Below, one piece after another: positions 30,026 through 41,016 of a DNA stretch of 64,000 bases. How positions within the stretch are numbered: the first letter of the stretch is position 1; each line of letters opens with the position of its first letter. The DNA is from Candidatus Marinacidobacterales bacterium. Its GTDB lineage: Bacteria; Acidobacteriota; Vicinamibacteria; Marinacidobacterales; SMYC01. The DNA is taken from NCBI GenBank assembly GCA_965224085.1, contig CBDCYI010000004.1:1472001-1536000 (forward strand). The letters run 5' to 3'. The notes beneath the pieces were generated by a model. That model was not told the DNA's origin. It saw nothing but the letters and a program-made list of their open reading frames with translations, and searched no databases. The position numbers and the translations under genes were made by a program.

Positions 30026-32886
30026 ATGAAACGAAACCTATGCCTTTTGGTGCTCGCCGTCTCGTACGTTGCTTGCGCCGGATCGCGCCGCGGGGAGCAC
30101 GCCGCCATCGCGGCCAAGACGTGGGTCGATGAGACCCTCGCCGGTCTTTCACTCGAGCAAAAAGTCGGGCAGATGATCTATCCGCGCAGCGACGGTGTTT
30201 TTGTCAACGCGTCGGATCCCGAGGCGCGTACCCTCATCGTTGCCGCGCGTTCGGAGCGCATTGGCGGGGTCGTGTTCTTCAAAGGAGAGCCCTTCGAAAC
30301 GGCCGCTATCGTGAATCGGCTTCAGGAAGCTTCGAAGCTCCCGCTTCTCATGGCGTCGGACTACGAGTGGGGAACCGCCATGCGCGTCGAAGGCGGGAGC
30401 CGCTTCCCGCGTGCCATGGCGATGGGAGCGGGCGCACGTCGGGTGGACATGGAGTTTCAAGCCGAGGTCACCGCGCGTGAAGCGCGGGCCTATGGGATTC
30501 ATCTGCTCTTGAATCCTGTTCTCGACTTGAACACGAACCCGCAAAACCGCGCTATTACGACGCGGTCGTTCGGCCAAGATCCGGATCGCGCGGGAGAGCT
30601 CGGCGTCGCGTATATCGAGCGCGCGCAATCGCTCGGCGTGCTGACGACTGCGAAACACTTCCCGGGTCACGGCGCGACCGTGGTCGATTCCCATCTCGGG
30701 CTTCCAGTGCTCGATCTTGATCTAGAAAGGTTGAAACGCGTCGAGATAGCGCCGTTTCGCGCCGCCATCGACGCCGGCGTGGCAGCGGTCATGCCCGGAC
30801 ATATCGCGGTGCCCGCTCTCGGGGGTGCGAGGGATAGGCCGAGCACGCTTTCGAAGGAAGTGCTTCAGGGAGTGCTCCGAGGCGATCTCGACTTCAACGG
30901 GCTCATCGTGAGCGATGCCCTCGACATGCTCGGCGCCCGGCGGAACGCTTGGGATGGCGAGGTGGCTGTAGCCGCGGTGCGCGCGGGAGTCGACATGTTG
31001 CTCGTGCCGCCCGACCCCTTGGTGGCCTATCAGTCCGTGCTTCGAGGCGTCGAGCGCGGTGATATCCCGCTCGCTCGGATCGATAACGCGGTTCGGCGCA
31101 TCCTCGAGGCGAAAGCGCGGGTCGGGCTTCATCGCAATCGAACGGTGGACCTCAAAGCACTTCCTTTGCGCGTCGCCGAACCTGGATTTGCGGATCGCCT
31201 CGACCGACTTTTCGACAAGACCATAACACTCGTAAAGAACGAGCGCGATCTGGTGCCGCGCCACCGCGCATGTTGCTCGTGGATTTCGTTTTGTCGAACG
31301 ACGGGGATTCCGAGCCCGATATTTTCGCAGAGGAGCTCGAAAGACGCGCCGCCACGCTTCGCCGCATCCGGCTGACACCGCGCACCGCTGCAACCCGCGC
31401 CAAGGAAATCCGACCCCAGGACGGCGAGGTCGTGCTCGTGGCAAGCTACGCGCGCACGCGATCGTTTCTTGGCCGAGGCGAGCTCGCGTCAGAATTGGCC
31501 GAAACGCTGAGCGCACTAGCGAGAAGTGGCACGCGCGTCGTGCTCGCGAGCCTCGGAAGCCCCTACGCACTGAACAGGGTTCCCGACGCCGCCGCGCTCG
31601 TGACGACCTATGACGGAGCGCCGGGTTCGCAGCGTGCCCTTGCGCGGGCACTTTTCGGTGAAGTCGCCATTTCCGGGAAGCTTCCCGTTGGCCTTTCGGC
31701 GCGGTATCCTCAGGGTCATGGAATTCACGTGGATGCGCGGCGCATGAAGCTCGCTGAAGTGAGAAATCCGGAGGATGTCGGGATTGCGAAGAGCCGACTC
31801 GACGCGGTCGGGCGCCTCGTGGAAGAGGCTATCGAAGACGGCGCCGCGCCGGGTGCCGTCGTTCTCGTCGCGCGGCGCGGCCAGATCGTGCTCCAAAAAG
31901 CTTTCGGTTATATGAGCTATGACGACGGCGCCGAGCAGATGCGGGTCGATACGATTTTCGATCTTGCCTCGCTCACGAAGATCTTCGTTACGACCACGCT
32001 GTCGATGATTTTTTACGAGCGGGATCTCCTGGATCTCGACAGCCCGGTCTCCGCTTACATTCCCGAGTTCCGCGGTGAACACAAGGACCGTGTGCTTGTG
32101 AAGGATCTTCTCTCCCATTCGGGAGGGCTTCTCTGGTGGACGGACTTGTATATGAAGTTCGAAGGCCAACCGCCCGAAAAAGCTCGCCGGGGCTATATCG
32201 AAGCGATTTGCGAGATGCCACTCGACTACTCTCCTCGCAGTAAGACTTCCTATTCGGATTTAGGGATTCTGCTCTTGGGAGAGATTCTGGAGCGGATATC
32301 AGGGAAGCCGCTCGATGTGATGGCCCAGGAGGAAGTCTTCGATCCTCTCGGGATGGACGAGACCATGTTTCGTCCTCCAGCGTCTCTGCTCGAGCGCATC
32401 GCGCCCACGGAGAAGGATGCGTGGCGCGACCGGGTCGTGCACGGCGAAGTGCACGACGAAAATGCTTTCGGTCTCGGAGGCCTAGCGCCCCATGCGGGTC
32501 TTTTTTCGACGGCGTCGAGCCTCGCACCATTCCCGCAAATGTACCTGAACGGCGGTGCTTATAACGGCCGGCGCATCGTCAACGCGGAAACGATTGAGCT
32601 CTTCACGACGCGCGCCGAGCTCGCTCCCGACAGCAGCAGGGCTCTCGGGTGGGATACGCCTTCGGAGCCTAGCTCTTCGGGGGCTTACTTCTCCGCCGCG
32701 TCCTACGGCCATACGGGCTTCACCGGCACGTCGATGTGGATCGATCCGGAGCGCGAGCTCTTCGCCCTTCTTCTGACGAACCGCGTGCACCCAACGCGCG
32801 AGAACCGGAAGCTCTATGACGTGCGTCCCAAGTTTCACGACGCGGTCATGAAAGCGATCGACGACATGGAGATCCACCCTCGATGA
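30026..32886 (+). CDS. GH3 beta-N-acetylglucosaminidase fused to beta-lactamase-like serine hydrolase; frameshift at about 31260
   Basis: 'KHFPGHG..DSH', 'VSDALDM'; 'FDLASLTK', 'YSDLG', 'YGHTGFTGT'. Confidence 0.88.
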
Positions 32887-32955
32887 GAGAATTGATGCGG
32901 CACACAATTTTGATGAAGTGTCCTGTATCAGAAGGTCGTCTCCTATCGTGCCGTG

Positions 32956-33357
32956 TTAGTGCTCCGTTTTGTGGCCGAACTGTCCGGAATCGAGAAGGCT
33001 CTTGAGATTGTCACGATGGGCGTCGTTAATCTTGTCGAACGCGAGCCCGTGCGGGATCTCGACCGACGTCGCGATGCCGGTGTGGCGGGACTCACTCCAG
33101 ACAATCGTTGCAACGGCTTCGAGAACCTCACCGCTAAAAAAACTCATGCGGAACTGGTAGCTGTTGCCGGGTCGCAAGACCGTATCGGTCATGATGCAGG
33201 CGCCGATCTAGGAGAGATTGCGCACGACACCGTAGGCGACGGGGACGTTGTCTTCGAGGAGGGCGACGGTGACGGAAGTGGTAGGGACGGCGCGACCCGT
33301 CCGTCTGCGCACGAAACCGCCGTCCACAGTGCTCATCTCGCTCAACGTGCCTTCCAT
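32956..33357 (-). pseudogene. PilZ-domain protein with internal TAG (33208-33210)
   Basis: 'RRRTGR' and 'NLS*IG' c-di-GMP motifs; 'HGLAF'. Confidence 0.7.
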
Positions 33358-33515
33358 TTGGCACCCCAGCGAAGACGGCGGCACAGCCTTCGAATCCGCT
33401 AAATTCCTGCTTTGAGACGGAACCGCAACGGGAACGGTGGTAATTTAGTGTAGAGTCTCAGGGAATGCAAGCATGGCGTTCAGTGAACGTCGCGAGAATG
33501 AAAGGAGCGAAGTAG

Positions 33516-34703
33516 ATGACAGTGAAACGGGGCGCGGCTCCCATGAGAACACTGATGGGACCTGGCCCGCTCGACATCCATCCCAACGTTTACCGAGCCC
33601 TCGCCTCCCCGGTTATCGGCCATCTCGACCCCGCTTATCTCGAAGTGCTCGACCAGATTCGGGAACGTCTGCGCATGGTGTTCCAAACGGAAAACCGCTT
33701 GACTCAAGCCTCGCCCGGGACGGGGACCTCGGGAATGGAGATGTGTGTCGCGAACCTATTGGAGCCGGGAGATCGCGTTCTCTGTTGCGTCCACGGCTAT
33801 TTCGGCGACCGCATCCGCCAGATGGTGGAGCGACAGGACGCGGACGTCACCGTTGTCGAAAGCGAGTGGGGCATGCCAGATGATCCTGCGCGCATCGAAG
33901 CGGCTCTCAAAGATGGCAGCTACAAAGTCATCACGCTCGTGCACGCGGAGACTTCCACGGGAGTGCTGCAACCGATGGACGATGTCGTCCGTCTGGCGAA
34001 GTCGTATGGCGTCAAGATCCTTCTCGATACGGTCACGTCGCTCGGCGGCGTCGATGTCAAGATCGACGAGTGGGGCATCGATGCGGCCTATAGCTGCTCG
34101 CAGAAATGCATTGGCTCGCCCCCTGGCCTGGCGCCCATCACGTTCAGCGAACGCGCCGTCGACGCCATGAAGCATCGAAGCCATCCCGTGCGCGGCTGGT
34201 ATCTCGACGCTCAGCTTCTCGACGAGTACTGGACGGGACGCAAGTACCACCACACGAGCTCGAGCACCTTGAATTACGGCCTTCTCGAAGCGCTCAACTT
34301 GATCGAAGAAGAAGGGCTTTCGAATCGAATCGCGCGACATCTTCGCAACCATCGAGCTTTCGTGGCCGGCGTCGAAGCGATGGGCCTCGAGATGTTCGTT
34401 GCGCCCGAATATCGATTGCCTTCACTCAATACCGTGCGGGTGCCCGACGGCATCGACGACGCGAAGGTCCGCCGCTACTTGCTCGAGACGTTCAATGTCG
34501 AGATTGGCGGTGGGCTCGGCGCCATCGCTGGAAAGGTGTGGCGCGTCGGGCTCATGGGCTATTCGTCTTCACCCGAGCGGATTCTTTTTTTCATGTCGTG
34601 CCTCAGCCATTCGCTGGCGGCGCAAGGACACGCGACCGATTTAAAGTCGGGACTGGCCGCTGCGATGGGCACGCTCGAAAAAGAACCCCTCGCTGTGAGC
34701 TGA
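33516..34703 (+). CDS. Alanine-glyoxylate/serine-pyruvate aminotransferase (class V)
   Basis: 'LMGPGP', 'HAETSTG', 'SCSQKC', 'YHHT'. Confidence 0.93.
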   Translation: MTVKRGAAPMRTLMGPGPLDIHPNVYRALASPVIGHLDPAYLEVLDQIRERLRMVFQTENRLTQASPGTGTSGMEMCVANLLEPGDRVLCCVHGYFGDRIRQMVERQDADVTVVESEWGMPDDPARIEAALKDGSYKVITLVHAETSTGVLQPMDDVVRLAKSYGVKILLDTVTSLGGVDVKIDEWGIDAAYSCSQKCIGSPPGLAPITFSERAVDAMKHRSHPVRGWYLDAQLLDEYWTGRKYHHTSSSTLNYGLLEALNLIEEEGLSNRIARHLRNHRAFVAGVEAMGLEMFVAPEYRLPSLNTVRVPDGIDDAKVRRYLLETFNVEIGGGLGAIAGKVWRVGLMGYSSSPERILFFMSCLSHSLAAQGHATDLKSGLAAAMGTLEKEPLAVS

Positions 34704-34711
34704 TATGCCGC

Positions 34712-36190
34712 TTAGCCGCCGAACAGCTCGATCCCGAAAATCCGCGCCGCGATGAGGATCGCCGTCATTCCGGTGAAGATCACGAGGCTCGCCCAGCCGA
34801 ACCACGCATCGAAAGTGCTGGGGTAGAAGTAACGGTCCTTTTTCGAGATAACGGTGAAGCAGTAATAGAGATTTAGCCCGAAGATGATAGGGGCTACGAA
34901 AAAGGCGAGCGCGGACGCGACGAGCACGAGCTGGACGGGACGGTCGACGCCGGCAACGAACGCAACGGATGCGATGAGGGAGTAGAACATCGTCAGGCGA
35001 TAGATGTTGAACTCCGAGTACCATTTGCTGCGGTGCTCGTCCGTAAGATCCTCGCGCGCGATACCGGAGAGAGCCGCCGTCTTTCGGAAGAGATTCCGGC
35101 AACAAGCGCCGACCACTCTTGGCCAGCCATCGAAGTAGTTGAACGCCGTCGAAAAGGTTGCCGCGAGAGCGCCAATGAGAAAAACGATCATCATCCACGG
35201 GCCGACGCTCTCGGTGAAGATCTGGGCAATCTGACCGATAACGGCCCGCCCCTCGACTTCGCTTGGATAGATCCACACGGCCGCGAGGGCGAGAAAGATC
35301 GTCGCGATGATGAAGGAGATGATGTGTCCGGCGCGAAAGTCCCAAAGGCCGATGCGGAACCACCGCCGGCAATATTCGAGGGCATGGGGCGAGAGCTTGG
35401 ATGTATCGACCGAAAGGTCTTCTTTGCTCGAGCTGAAGGAGTCGAACGTCGCCACGAGCCCGCGATGCTCGAGATGATCGCGGATGCGGCCCATGCCTGC
35501 CTTCTTCGCTTTGCCCCATTCCGAAGCCTGGAGTGAGACGTCGATACCCGTGGGAAGAAGTCCGAGAAAGGCTGCGAGAATGAGCCACGATCCGTCCGGC
35601 GTCTCGAAGATGAAGAAATGCGCCATCCCGGAAAGCGGGGCAGGCGAGCGCAGAAAAACGCCGACCGTTGAGAGCAGCAAGACGCCCGCGCAAATTTTCG
35701 TCACGAGCTCGACGACGCGGTAACGTCCGCTCAGGATGAGAGCCACGCTGAGGACGCCGATTGCGAGGGCAAAAGTGTAAGACGGGATGTCGACACCGAA
35801 GTAGTACAGCGAAAAGAAGTAGGCGACCGCCGCAGCCGCCGTGAGCCGTCCCGCTTGGCCAAGAGCGGCTTGCAGAATCGTCGTGATGAGCACGTACCAA
35901 ACCGGCCACTTGTGCCACGCCGTGGAATAAGCGTCGAGCATGCTGCGGCCTGTGGCGTTCGTAAAGCGAAACGCCATCTCAAAACCGTAATATTTGAAGA
36001 TATAAGCGACCGGGATTGCCCACAGAAGCGCGAACTCGAACCGGCCGCCCGCGACCGGCGCGGTAACGAGATGACTGGTACCGATGCCGGTCATCATCAA
36101 GATCAATCCGGGGCCGAACTGCCGAGCGAGACCGAGCGGGGTCATCTCGGGAAGAGGAAGAGATTCTAGAACGTCGTCGTTGTCCGTCAT
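34712..36190 (-). CDS. Nramp-like (APC) transporter
   Basis: 'FGPGLILMMTGIGTSHL', 'ATFSTAFNYFDGWPR'; multiple TM segments. Confidence 0.8.
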   Translation of the reverse strand: MTDNDDVLESLPLPEMTPLGLARQFGPGLILMMTGIGTSHLVTAPVAGGRFEFALLWAIPVAYIFKYYGFEMAFRFTNATGRSMLDAYSTAWHKWPVWYVLITTILQAALGQAGRLTAAAAVAYFFSLYYFGVDIPSYTFALAIGVLSVALILSGRYRVVELVTKICAGVLLLSTVGVFLRSPAPLSGMAHFFIFETPDGSWLILAAFLGLLPTGIDVSLQASEWGKAKKAGMGRIRDHLEHRGLVATFDSFSSSKEDLSVDTSKLSPHALEYCRRWFRIGLWDFRAGHIISFIIATIFLALAAVWIYPSEVEGRAVIGQIAQIFTESVGPWMMIVFLIGALAATFSTAFNYFDGWPRVVGACCRNLFRKTAALSGIAREDLTDEHRSKWYSEFNIYRLTMFYSLIASVAFVAGVDRPVQLVLVASALAFFVAPIIFGLNLYYCFTVISKKDRYFYPSTFDAWFGWASLVIFTGMTAILIAARIFGIELFGG

Positions 36191-36362
36191 CGTGCGCACG
36201 GCCTTCTGGTAAATCTCACAAAGCGGGACATTTATATAGGGAATCGAACGGTGACGCAACGTGCACTGCTTTGTCCGTGAAAACGCGTTACAATAGTTGA
36301 GAGCGGGGACGCTACGTCCAACACATTGTAACGAAACAATTTAGCAGTAGAGGCAAAGATAG

Positions 36363-37433
36363 ATGACGACGGTTGGCGAAATCAAAATCACCCGAACCAA
36401 GGCCTCTCGTATAGCCGAGGTCGACTTCGACAACATTCCTTTTGGCCGCGTGTTCAGCGATCACATGCTCGTCGCCAACTACAGCGATGCCGCGTGGCAG
36501 TCGCATGAGATCGTGCCTTACGGCCCGCTGCAATTAGCACCGGCCATGCCGACGCTCCACTACGGCCAGGCCATTTTCGAAGGCATGAAAGCCTATAGAA
36601 ATGCTGCCGGGAAGCCGGTCTTGTTTCGCGCTCGCGACAATTTCGAGCGCATGAACCGCTCGGCCGAGCGTATGGTGATGCCGCCGGTCCCAGAAGGGAT
36701 CTTTCTCGACGGCATCAAAGAGCTCGTACGCCTCGACGCGGATTGGATTCCGAACCAGAAAGACAGCTCGCTTTACTTGCGCCCTCTCATGTTCGCGAGC
36801 GACGACTTTATCGGTGTGAAACCGTCCGACACTTACAAGTTCGTCATCTTTACCTGTCCGGTCGGGATGTATTACTCGGAGCCTGTCAAGCTTTGGGTCA
36901 CGCGCGAATACGTTCGGGCAGCCCGGGGCGGCGTCGGCGAAGCCAAGACGGCAGGCAACTATGCGGCAAGCTACTACGCGGCGAAACAGGCGCAAGACCG
37001 TGGTTACGACAACGTCCTCTGGCTCGATGGCCAGGAGCACCGCTACATCGAAGAATGCGGGACGATGAATATCTTCTTCGTCATCGACGGCGTCGCGGTA
37101 ACGCCCGAATTGTCGGGAACGATTCTTCGAGGCATCACCCGCGATAGTGTTGTCACGCTCTTGAAGGACATGAATGTCGAGGTCCAAGAGCGACCCGTCT
37201 CCATCGAAGAGATCACCGAAGCGCACGAAGCCGGCAAGCTCGACGAAGCGTTCGGTGTCGGCACAGCGGCGACGATCTCTCCCGTCATCGAGATTGGCAG
37301 CGAAGAAGGTGTCCTTCAGTTGAAGCCGGATGCCGAACGCAAGATCGGCCCGGAACTTTTGAAGCAGCTTACGGACATCCGTCGAGGTTTGGCCGAAGAT
37401 GTTCATGGATGGATTGAGCTCGTTTCACCGTAG
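36363..37433 (+). CDS. ilvE: Branched-chain amino acid aminotransferase
   Basis: 'LHYGQAIFEGMKAY', 'KTAGNYA', 'ILRGITRDS'. Confidence 0.95.
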   Translation: MTTVGEIKITRTKASRIAEVDFDNIPFGRVFSDHMLVANYSDAAWQSHEIVPYGPLQLAPAMPTLHYGQAIFEGMKAYRNAAGKPVLFRARDNFERMNRSAERMVMPPVPEGIFLDGIKELVRLDADWIPNQKDSSLYLRPLMFASDDFIGVKPSDTYKFVIFTCPVGMYYSEPVKLWVTREYVRAARGGVGEAKTAGNYAASYYAAKQAQDRGYDNVLWLDGQEHRYIEECGTMNIFFVIDGVAVTPELSGTILRGITRDSVVTLLKDMNVEVQERPVSIEEITEAHEAGKLDEAFGVGTAATISPVIEIGSEEGVLQLKPDAERKIGPELLKQLTDIRRGLAEDVHGWIELVSP

Positions 37434-37477
37434 TTCGTGGCGCTACCCGCTACCTGCTTCCTGCTACCAAGGCGGCG

Positions 37478-38683
37478 TTGATGTTTTTTTGGGTTGCTCT
37501 CGCTTTTCTCTCCTTTCAGGGGGCTGACACTCCAGTTCTTTCCGGGGTTGATGTGCTTCGGAAGGATAGAGGGACACTTTCGGGACGCGTTGGGCTCATT
37601 ACGAACCATACCGGCGTCACTCGCGACGGGGTGTCCACCCTCCGCGTTTTGCGGGACGAGCTTGGTGTGGACGTCGTCGCGCTGTTTTCACCGGAGCACG
37701 GTTATCGCGGGGATGTGGCGGCGGGGGACGATGTCGGCTCCGGTACGTTTTCGGTGATCCCCGTTCACAGCCTCTACGGCGATACACGCGCGCCGACGCC
37801 CGAGATGCTCGACGGGATCGATACACTCGTCTTTGACGTTCAGGACATCGGTGTCCGTTTCTACACCTATATCAGCACCATGAAGCTCGCCATGGAGAAG
37901 GCTGCCGCTGCGAAGATCGGCTTCGTCGTACTCGATCGACCGAACCCGCTCGGTGGTGTTCGGGTCGAGGGTCCCGTACTGCACCCGGATTTTGCGTCCT
38001 TTGTCGGGATTGCTCCGATCCCTCTTGTACGTGGCATGACGGCGGGTGAGCTGGCAGGGCTGTTCGGTGCGTCGATGACGGGGCTCGAGCTCGAGGTTAT
38101 ACACGTGCGAGGCCTCCGGCGCTCGACGCTATGGAAGGACACCGGGCTCTCGTGGAATCCTCCGTCACCGAACATTCGCACCGACCGCGCCGCCCTGGCT
38201 TATCCGACCTTCGGATTGATCGAGGGGATCAACGTGAACGAAGGTCGCGGTATCGAAGACACGTTCGAGCGGATCGGCGCGCCTTGGATCGATGGGGAAA
38301 AGCTAGCGGCGGCGCTTTCGCAGGCGGAGCTTCCCGGTGTTCGCTTCCGCAGTACCTCGTTTACACCGCGCGCGATCACTGCCTCGCCCCGGCCTAAGTA
38401 TCGCGATGAGATCTGCTACGGGGTCGCGATAACGATCACCGATCCAACTCTCTTCGAAGCCGTGCGCACCGGACTCACGACGATTGCGACGATCAAAGCA
38501 CTTCATCCCGAAGCGTTCGAGTGGGTGCGGCGCGGCGAGCGCTACTGGATAGACTTGCTGCTCGGCGCCGATCGGCCACGGCGGGCGCTCGATGACGGGA
38601 TGGCAGTAGACGCGATCGTCGGACGGGAAGCGTCTGAGCTCGCGCGTTTCGTTGAGCATCGCCGCGCATACTTGCTCTATTGA
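37478..38683 (+). CDS. DUF1343 exo-beta-N-acetylmuramidase (NamZ-like)
   Basis: 'TNHTG', 'FSPEHG', 'DVQDIGVRFYTY', 'DRPNP'. Confidence 0.9.
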   Translation: MMFFWVALAFLSFQGADTPVLSGVDVLRKDRGTLSGRVGLITNHTGVTRDGVSTLRVLRDELGVDVVALFSPEHGYRGDVAAGDDVGSGTFSVIPVHSLYGDTRAPTPEMLDGIDTLVFDVQDIGVRFYTYISTMKLAMEKAAAAKIGFVVLDRPNPLGGVRVEGPVLHPDFASFVGIAPIPLVRGMTAGELAGLFGASMTGLELEVIHVRGLRRSTLWKDTGLSWNPPSPNIRTDRAALAYPTFGLIEGINVNEGRGIEDTFERIGAPWIDGEKLAAALSQAELPGVRFRSTSFTPRAITASPRPKYRDEICYGVAITITDPTLFEAVRTGLTTIATIKALHPEAFEWVRRGERYWIDLLLGADRPRRALDDGMAVDAIVGREASELARFVEHRRAYLLY

Positions 38684-38705
38684 CGCTGCTGTATAATCCG
38701 CGCTG

Positions 38706-39002
38706 ATGGCACGTCCCATTTGGCGTCACTCGCATGATAGCTCGGAGGATGAGGAGTGGTCCGAGCCCGATGAGCCCGAGCTCGAGGACGACGATCTCGA
38801 CGACGATGACGAGAGTGACGAAGAAGATCAGGGTGACGAAGAAGATCAGGGTGACGAAGAAGATCAGGGCGACGAAGAAGATCAGGGCGACGAAGAAGAC
38901 GAGTCATTGGTCGAGGACGATAGTGTTTGGGGCGAGGACGACGCTTCACTCGACGAGAACGACGAGAACGACGAGGAAGATTGGGATGACGGCGCGAGCT
39001 GA
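38706..39002 (+). CDS. Small, extremely acidic hypothetical protein
   Basis: 98-aa D/E-rich ORF. Confidence 0.55.
   Translation: MARPIWRHSHDSSEDEEWSEPDEPELEDDDLDDDDESDEEDQGDEEDQGDEEDQGDEEDQGDEEDESLVEDDSVWGEDDASLDENDENDEEDWDDGAS
38817..38900 (+). repeat. 18-bp tandem repeat GACGAAGAAGATCAGGG(T/C) x4.6 (DEEDQG)
   Basis: Directly visible. Confidence 0.9.
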
Positions 39003-39047
39003 CGCATAAACTGTAACGCGCTCAGGTCCTGAAAGATGCGATACGAG

Positions 39048-40235
39048 CTATTCCGACTCTCCATGAATCGTCGTATCGGGCCGATAGTGCTCCCAGGCGA
39101 ACCAAACCGCGAAAGTCGAGATCAAGCTTTGTAGCTTCTTGCCGAAAAAAGGTCCGGAGACGGCTGCGCCGCTTACAGGGTTCCACCGGGAGCCCGTCTG
39201 TGCGTCTTCGAGTTGTTCATCCTTCGTGAGGTGGAAGCTCAGAGCGCGGCCATCGACTTGGCGTTCGTAGACCCGCGCCGTCGAGAGGTCTTTGCTCAAA
39301 TAGACCGCAATTGGAGCCCCTTCGAACCGTTCTTCGACGAAGCGTTTGTCGGCCAGCCGCCGGAGGAGATAGGCGCGCGCTTCGACATGGCCTTCGAGCC
39401 CAACGATGAGGTCGTTGCCGCGAGCGCGGCCCGGGTCCATGTTCGCGACCTTCTCGAAGGTCTCTTTCGTGAAACGCGAGTTGTAGGGAACGGAGCGCTT
39501 CACGTAAACGGTCGTCTTCGGGTGAAGCGCTTTCCACTGAGCCCAGGTCGTCATCGTGGAAGGAAGCTTCTCGAGCGCTGCGCCTTGCATCTTCCCGCTC
39601 ACGGCTTTGCCGAAGAGCTGGCTCCAGTGCGACTGCGTCTCGTCGTCATACATGATGAGCGTGCCTTCATCGACGCCGACGACGCCAAAGTTGTGCTTCT
39701 TGCCATCGAACTCACGGGCGTACACGACGCCGCTATGGTCGATGGGTCACCAGGAGGGGGCGATGGCCTCACCGCCGAGCTCGTCGTTCACGATTTCGTT
39801 GAAAGGCCCGTTCATGTAGTTTACCGGATAGGCGCGCGGCTGGACGTTGATGACGACACCCATGACCATGTCCACGTCGCCGATCTCGACGTCGTCGGCG
39901 GAGACAATCTCGGGATTGACGTTCAAGGGGAAGCCGCCTTTTTGCAGATGCGTAAAGTTTGAGCGGTCCCTCGGCTCGGCGGGGCCAGTCGCGGAGCGTT
40001 GCTGCATCTTGCCGTACTCGTCGAAGGTGACGTAGCCGTCGCCATTGGCGTCGAAACGCGCCACGGCCCTCTCCGGGAGACTCAAATCGCCGACAGGAAC
40101 TTTGGCGTCGATGTCTTTGTCGAAGACGCCGTTGAGATGGAATCTCGCTTCCATCATCTTCTGCATCATCTCTGGATCGGGCCTTTGCGCGGCGAAAAGC
40201 AGCACCGGAACCAGCACCATGAAGAGTGTTTTCAT
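39048..40235 (-). CDS. EF-hand plus DUF3179 probable selenoprotein (TGA at 39749-39747)
   Basis: Two in-frame ORFs joined by 'APSW-TGA-PIDHSG'; DUF3179 motifs 'RAYP', 'EIVND', 'IMYDDETQSHWSQ', 'WFAW'; 'DANGDGYVTFDE'. Confidence 0.85.
39703..39745 (-). promoter_or_regulatory. Bacterial SECIS-like hairpin
   Basis: Just after UGA: CCATCGA/TCGATGG lower stem and GGCGT-CGTGT-ACGCC upper stem-loop. Confidence 0.65.
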
Positions 40236-40261
40236 CGTGACCTCCTTTCGACTGGATCAAT

Positions 40262-40987
40262 CTAGCGTTGACGGTATCCTTGGTCAAACGAGGCAGCTCG
40301 GTAAACGATACGGCCGCCGAACACGGTCATCTCGACCTTGCACTCCGCAATCCGCTCGGGTGGGATTTTCAGGATGTTCTCGGACAAAACCGCGAGATCG
40401 CCGAGCTCGCCGGGCTCGAGCCGAGACGCCGCGTAGCGAGGGACGGCGTTCTCGACGTTCAGTTTCTCGCTCGAAACGCGCCGACCATCGAGATCGAGGC
40501 CGGTCACGGCTCTGTGGAGCCTGACAAGAGGGTCGATCGTGGTTTCCGGCCAGCCGCTTCCGAAGCGTACACCGCCCCGAGCGTCGCCCCGAGCCTCGAT
40601 GGTTCGCAGGGGGAGTGCTTCGGGGAGAGTGCTATCGAGCGCGCGCACGCTCGTGATGCCGAAGCGGTGGAGATAGGTCGGGGCGTCGGATGGCGTGACG
40701 CCCGTCTCCTCGAGCCAAGCAGCGCCGGCCGCGAGATCCACACGGTCGTCGTGAAAGCCTGGAAGAAGCAGTCGTCCATCGAGGTCGACGATGTGTGTGT
40801 CTTCACCGATGAGGGCCTCGACGTTGCCGATCGCAAGGATGCGTCCATCCGCTATCGCGAGCCCGTCCGCCCAAGGGGCCTCGGCATTCAGCGTATAGAT
40901 GGCGCCGCCCCAAAAGACAAGCTCGGCAGGTGACGATGGCGGGGACGAGCACGCGGTCAGAACTGCGAGTGCTAGGAATCGAATCAA
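40262..40987 (-). CDS. Shortened amidohydrolase_3 (YtcJ-like) lipoprotein
   Basis: 'DLDGRLLLPGFHD', 'LEPGELGDLAVL', 'TVFGGRIVY'; only 241 aa and HxH motif lost. Confidence 0.7.
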   Translation of the reverse strand: MIRFLALAVLTACSSPPSSPAELVFWGGAIYTLNAEAPWADGLAIADGRILAIGNVEALIGEDTHIVDLDGRLLLPGFHDDRVDLAAGAAWLEETGVTPSDAPTYLHRFGITSVRALDSTLPEALPLRTIEARGDARGGVRFGSGWPETTIDPLVRLHRAVTGLDLDGRRVSSEKLNVENAVPRYAASRLEPGELGDLAVLSENILKIPPERIAECKVEMTVFGGRIVYRAASFDQGYRQR

Positions 40988-41016
40988 TTTCAGCCGAACC
41001 TCTCAGGCACTAGTTG

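Noticed and set aside
33208-33210. In-frame TAG in PilZ as possible pyrrolysine or recoding
   Set aside because: Many genes in the window end in TAG; a single substitution or error is simpler.
38817-38900. Repeats as a CRISPR array (also 6994-7029)
   Set aside because: Head-to-tail repeats without spacers and no cas genes.
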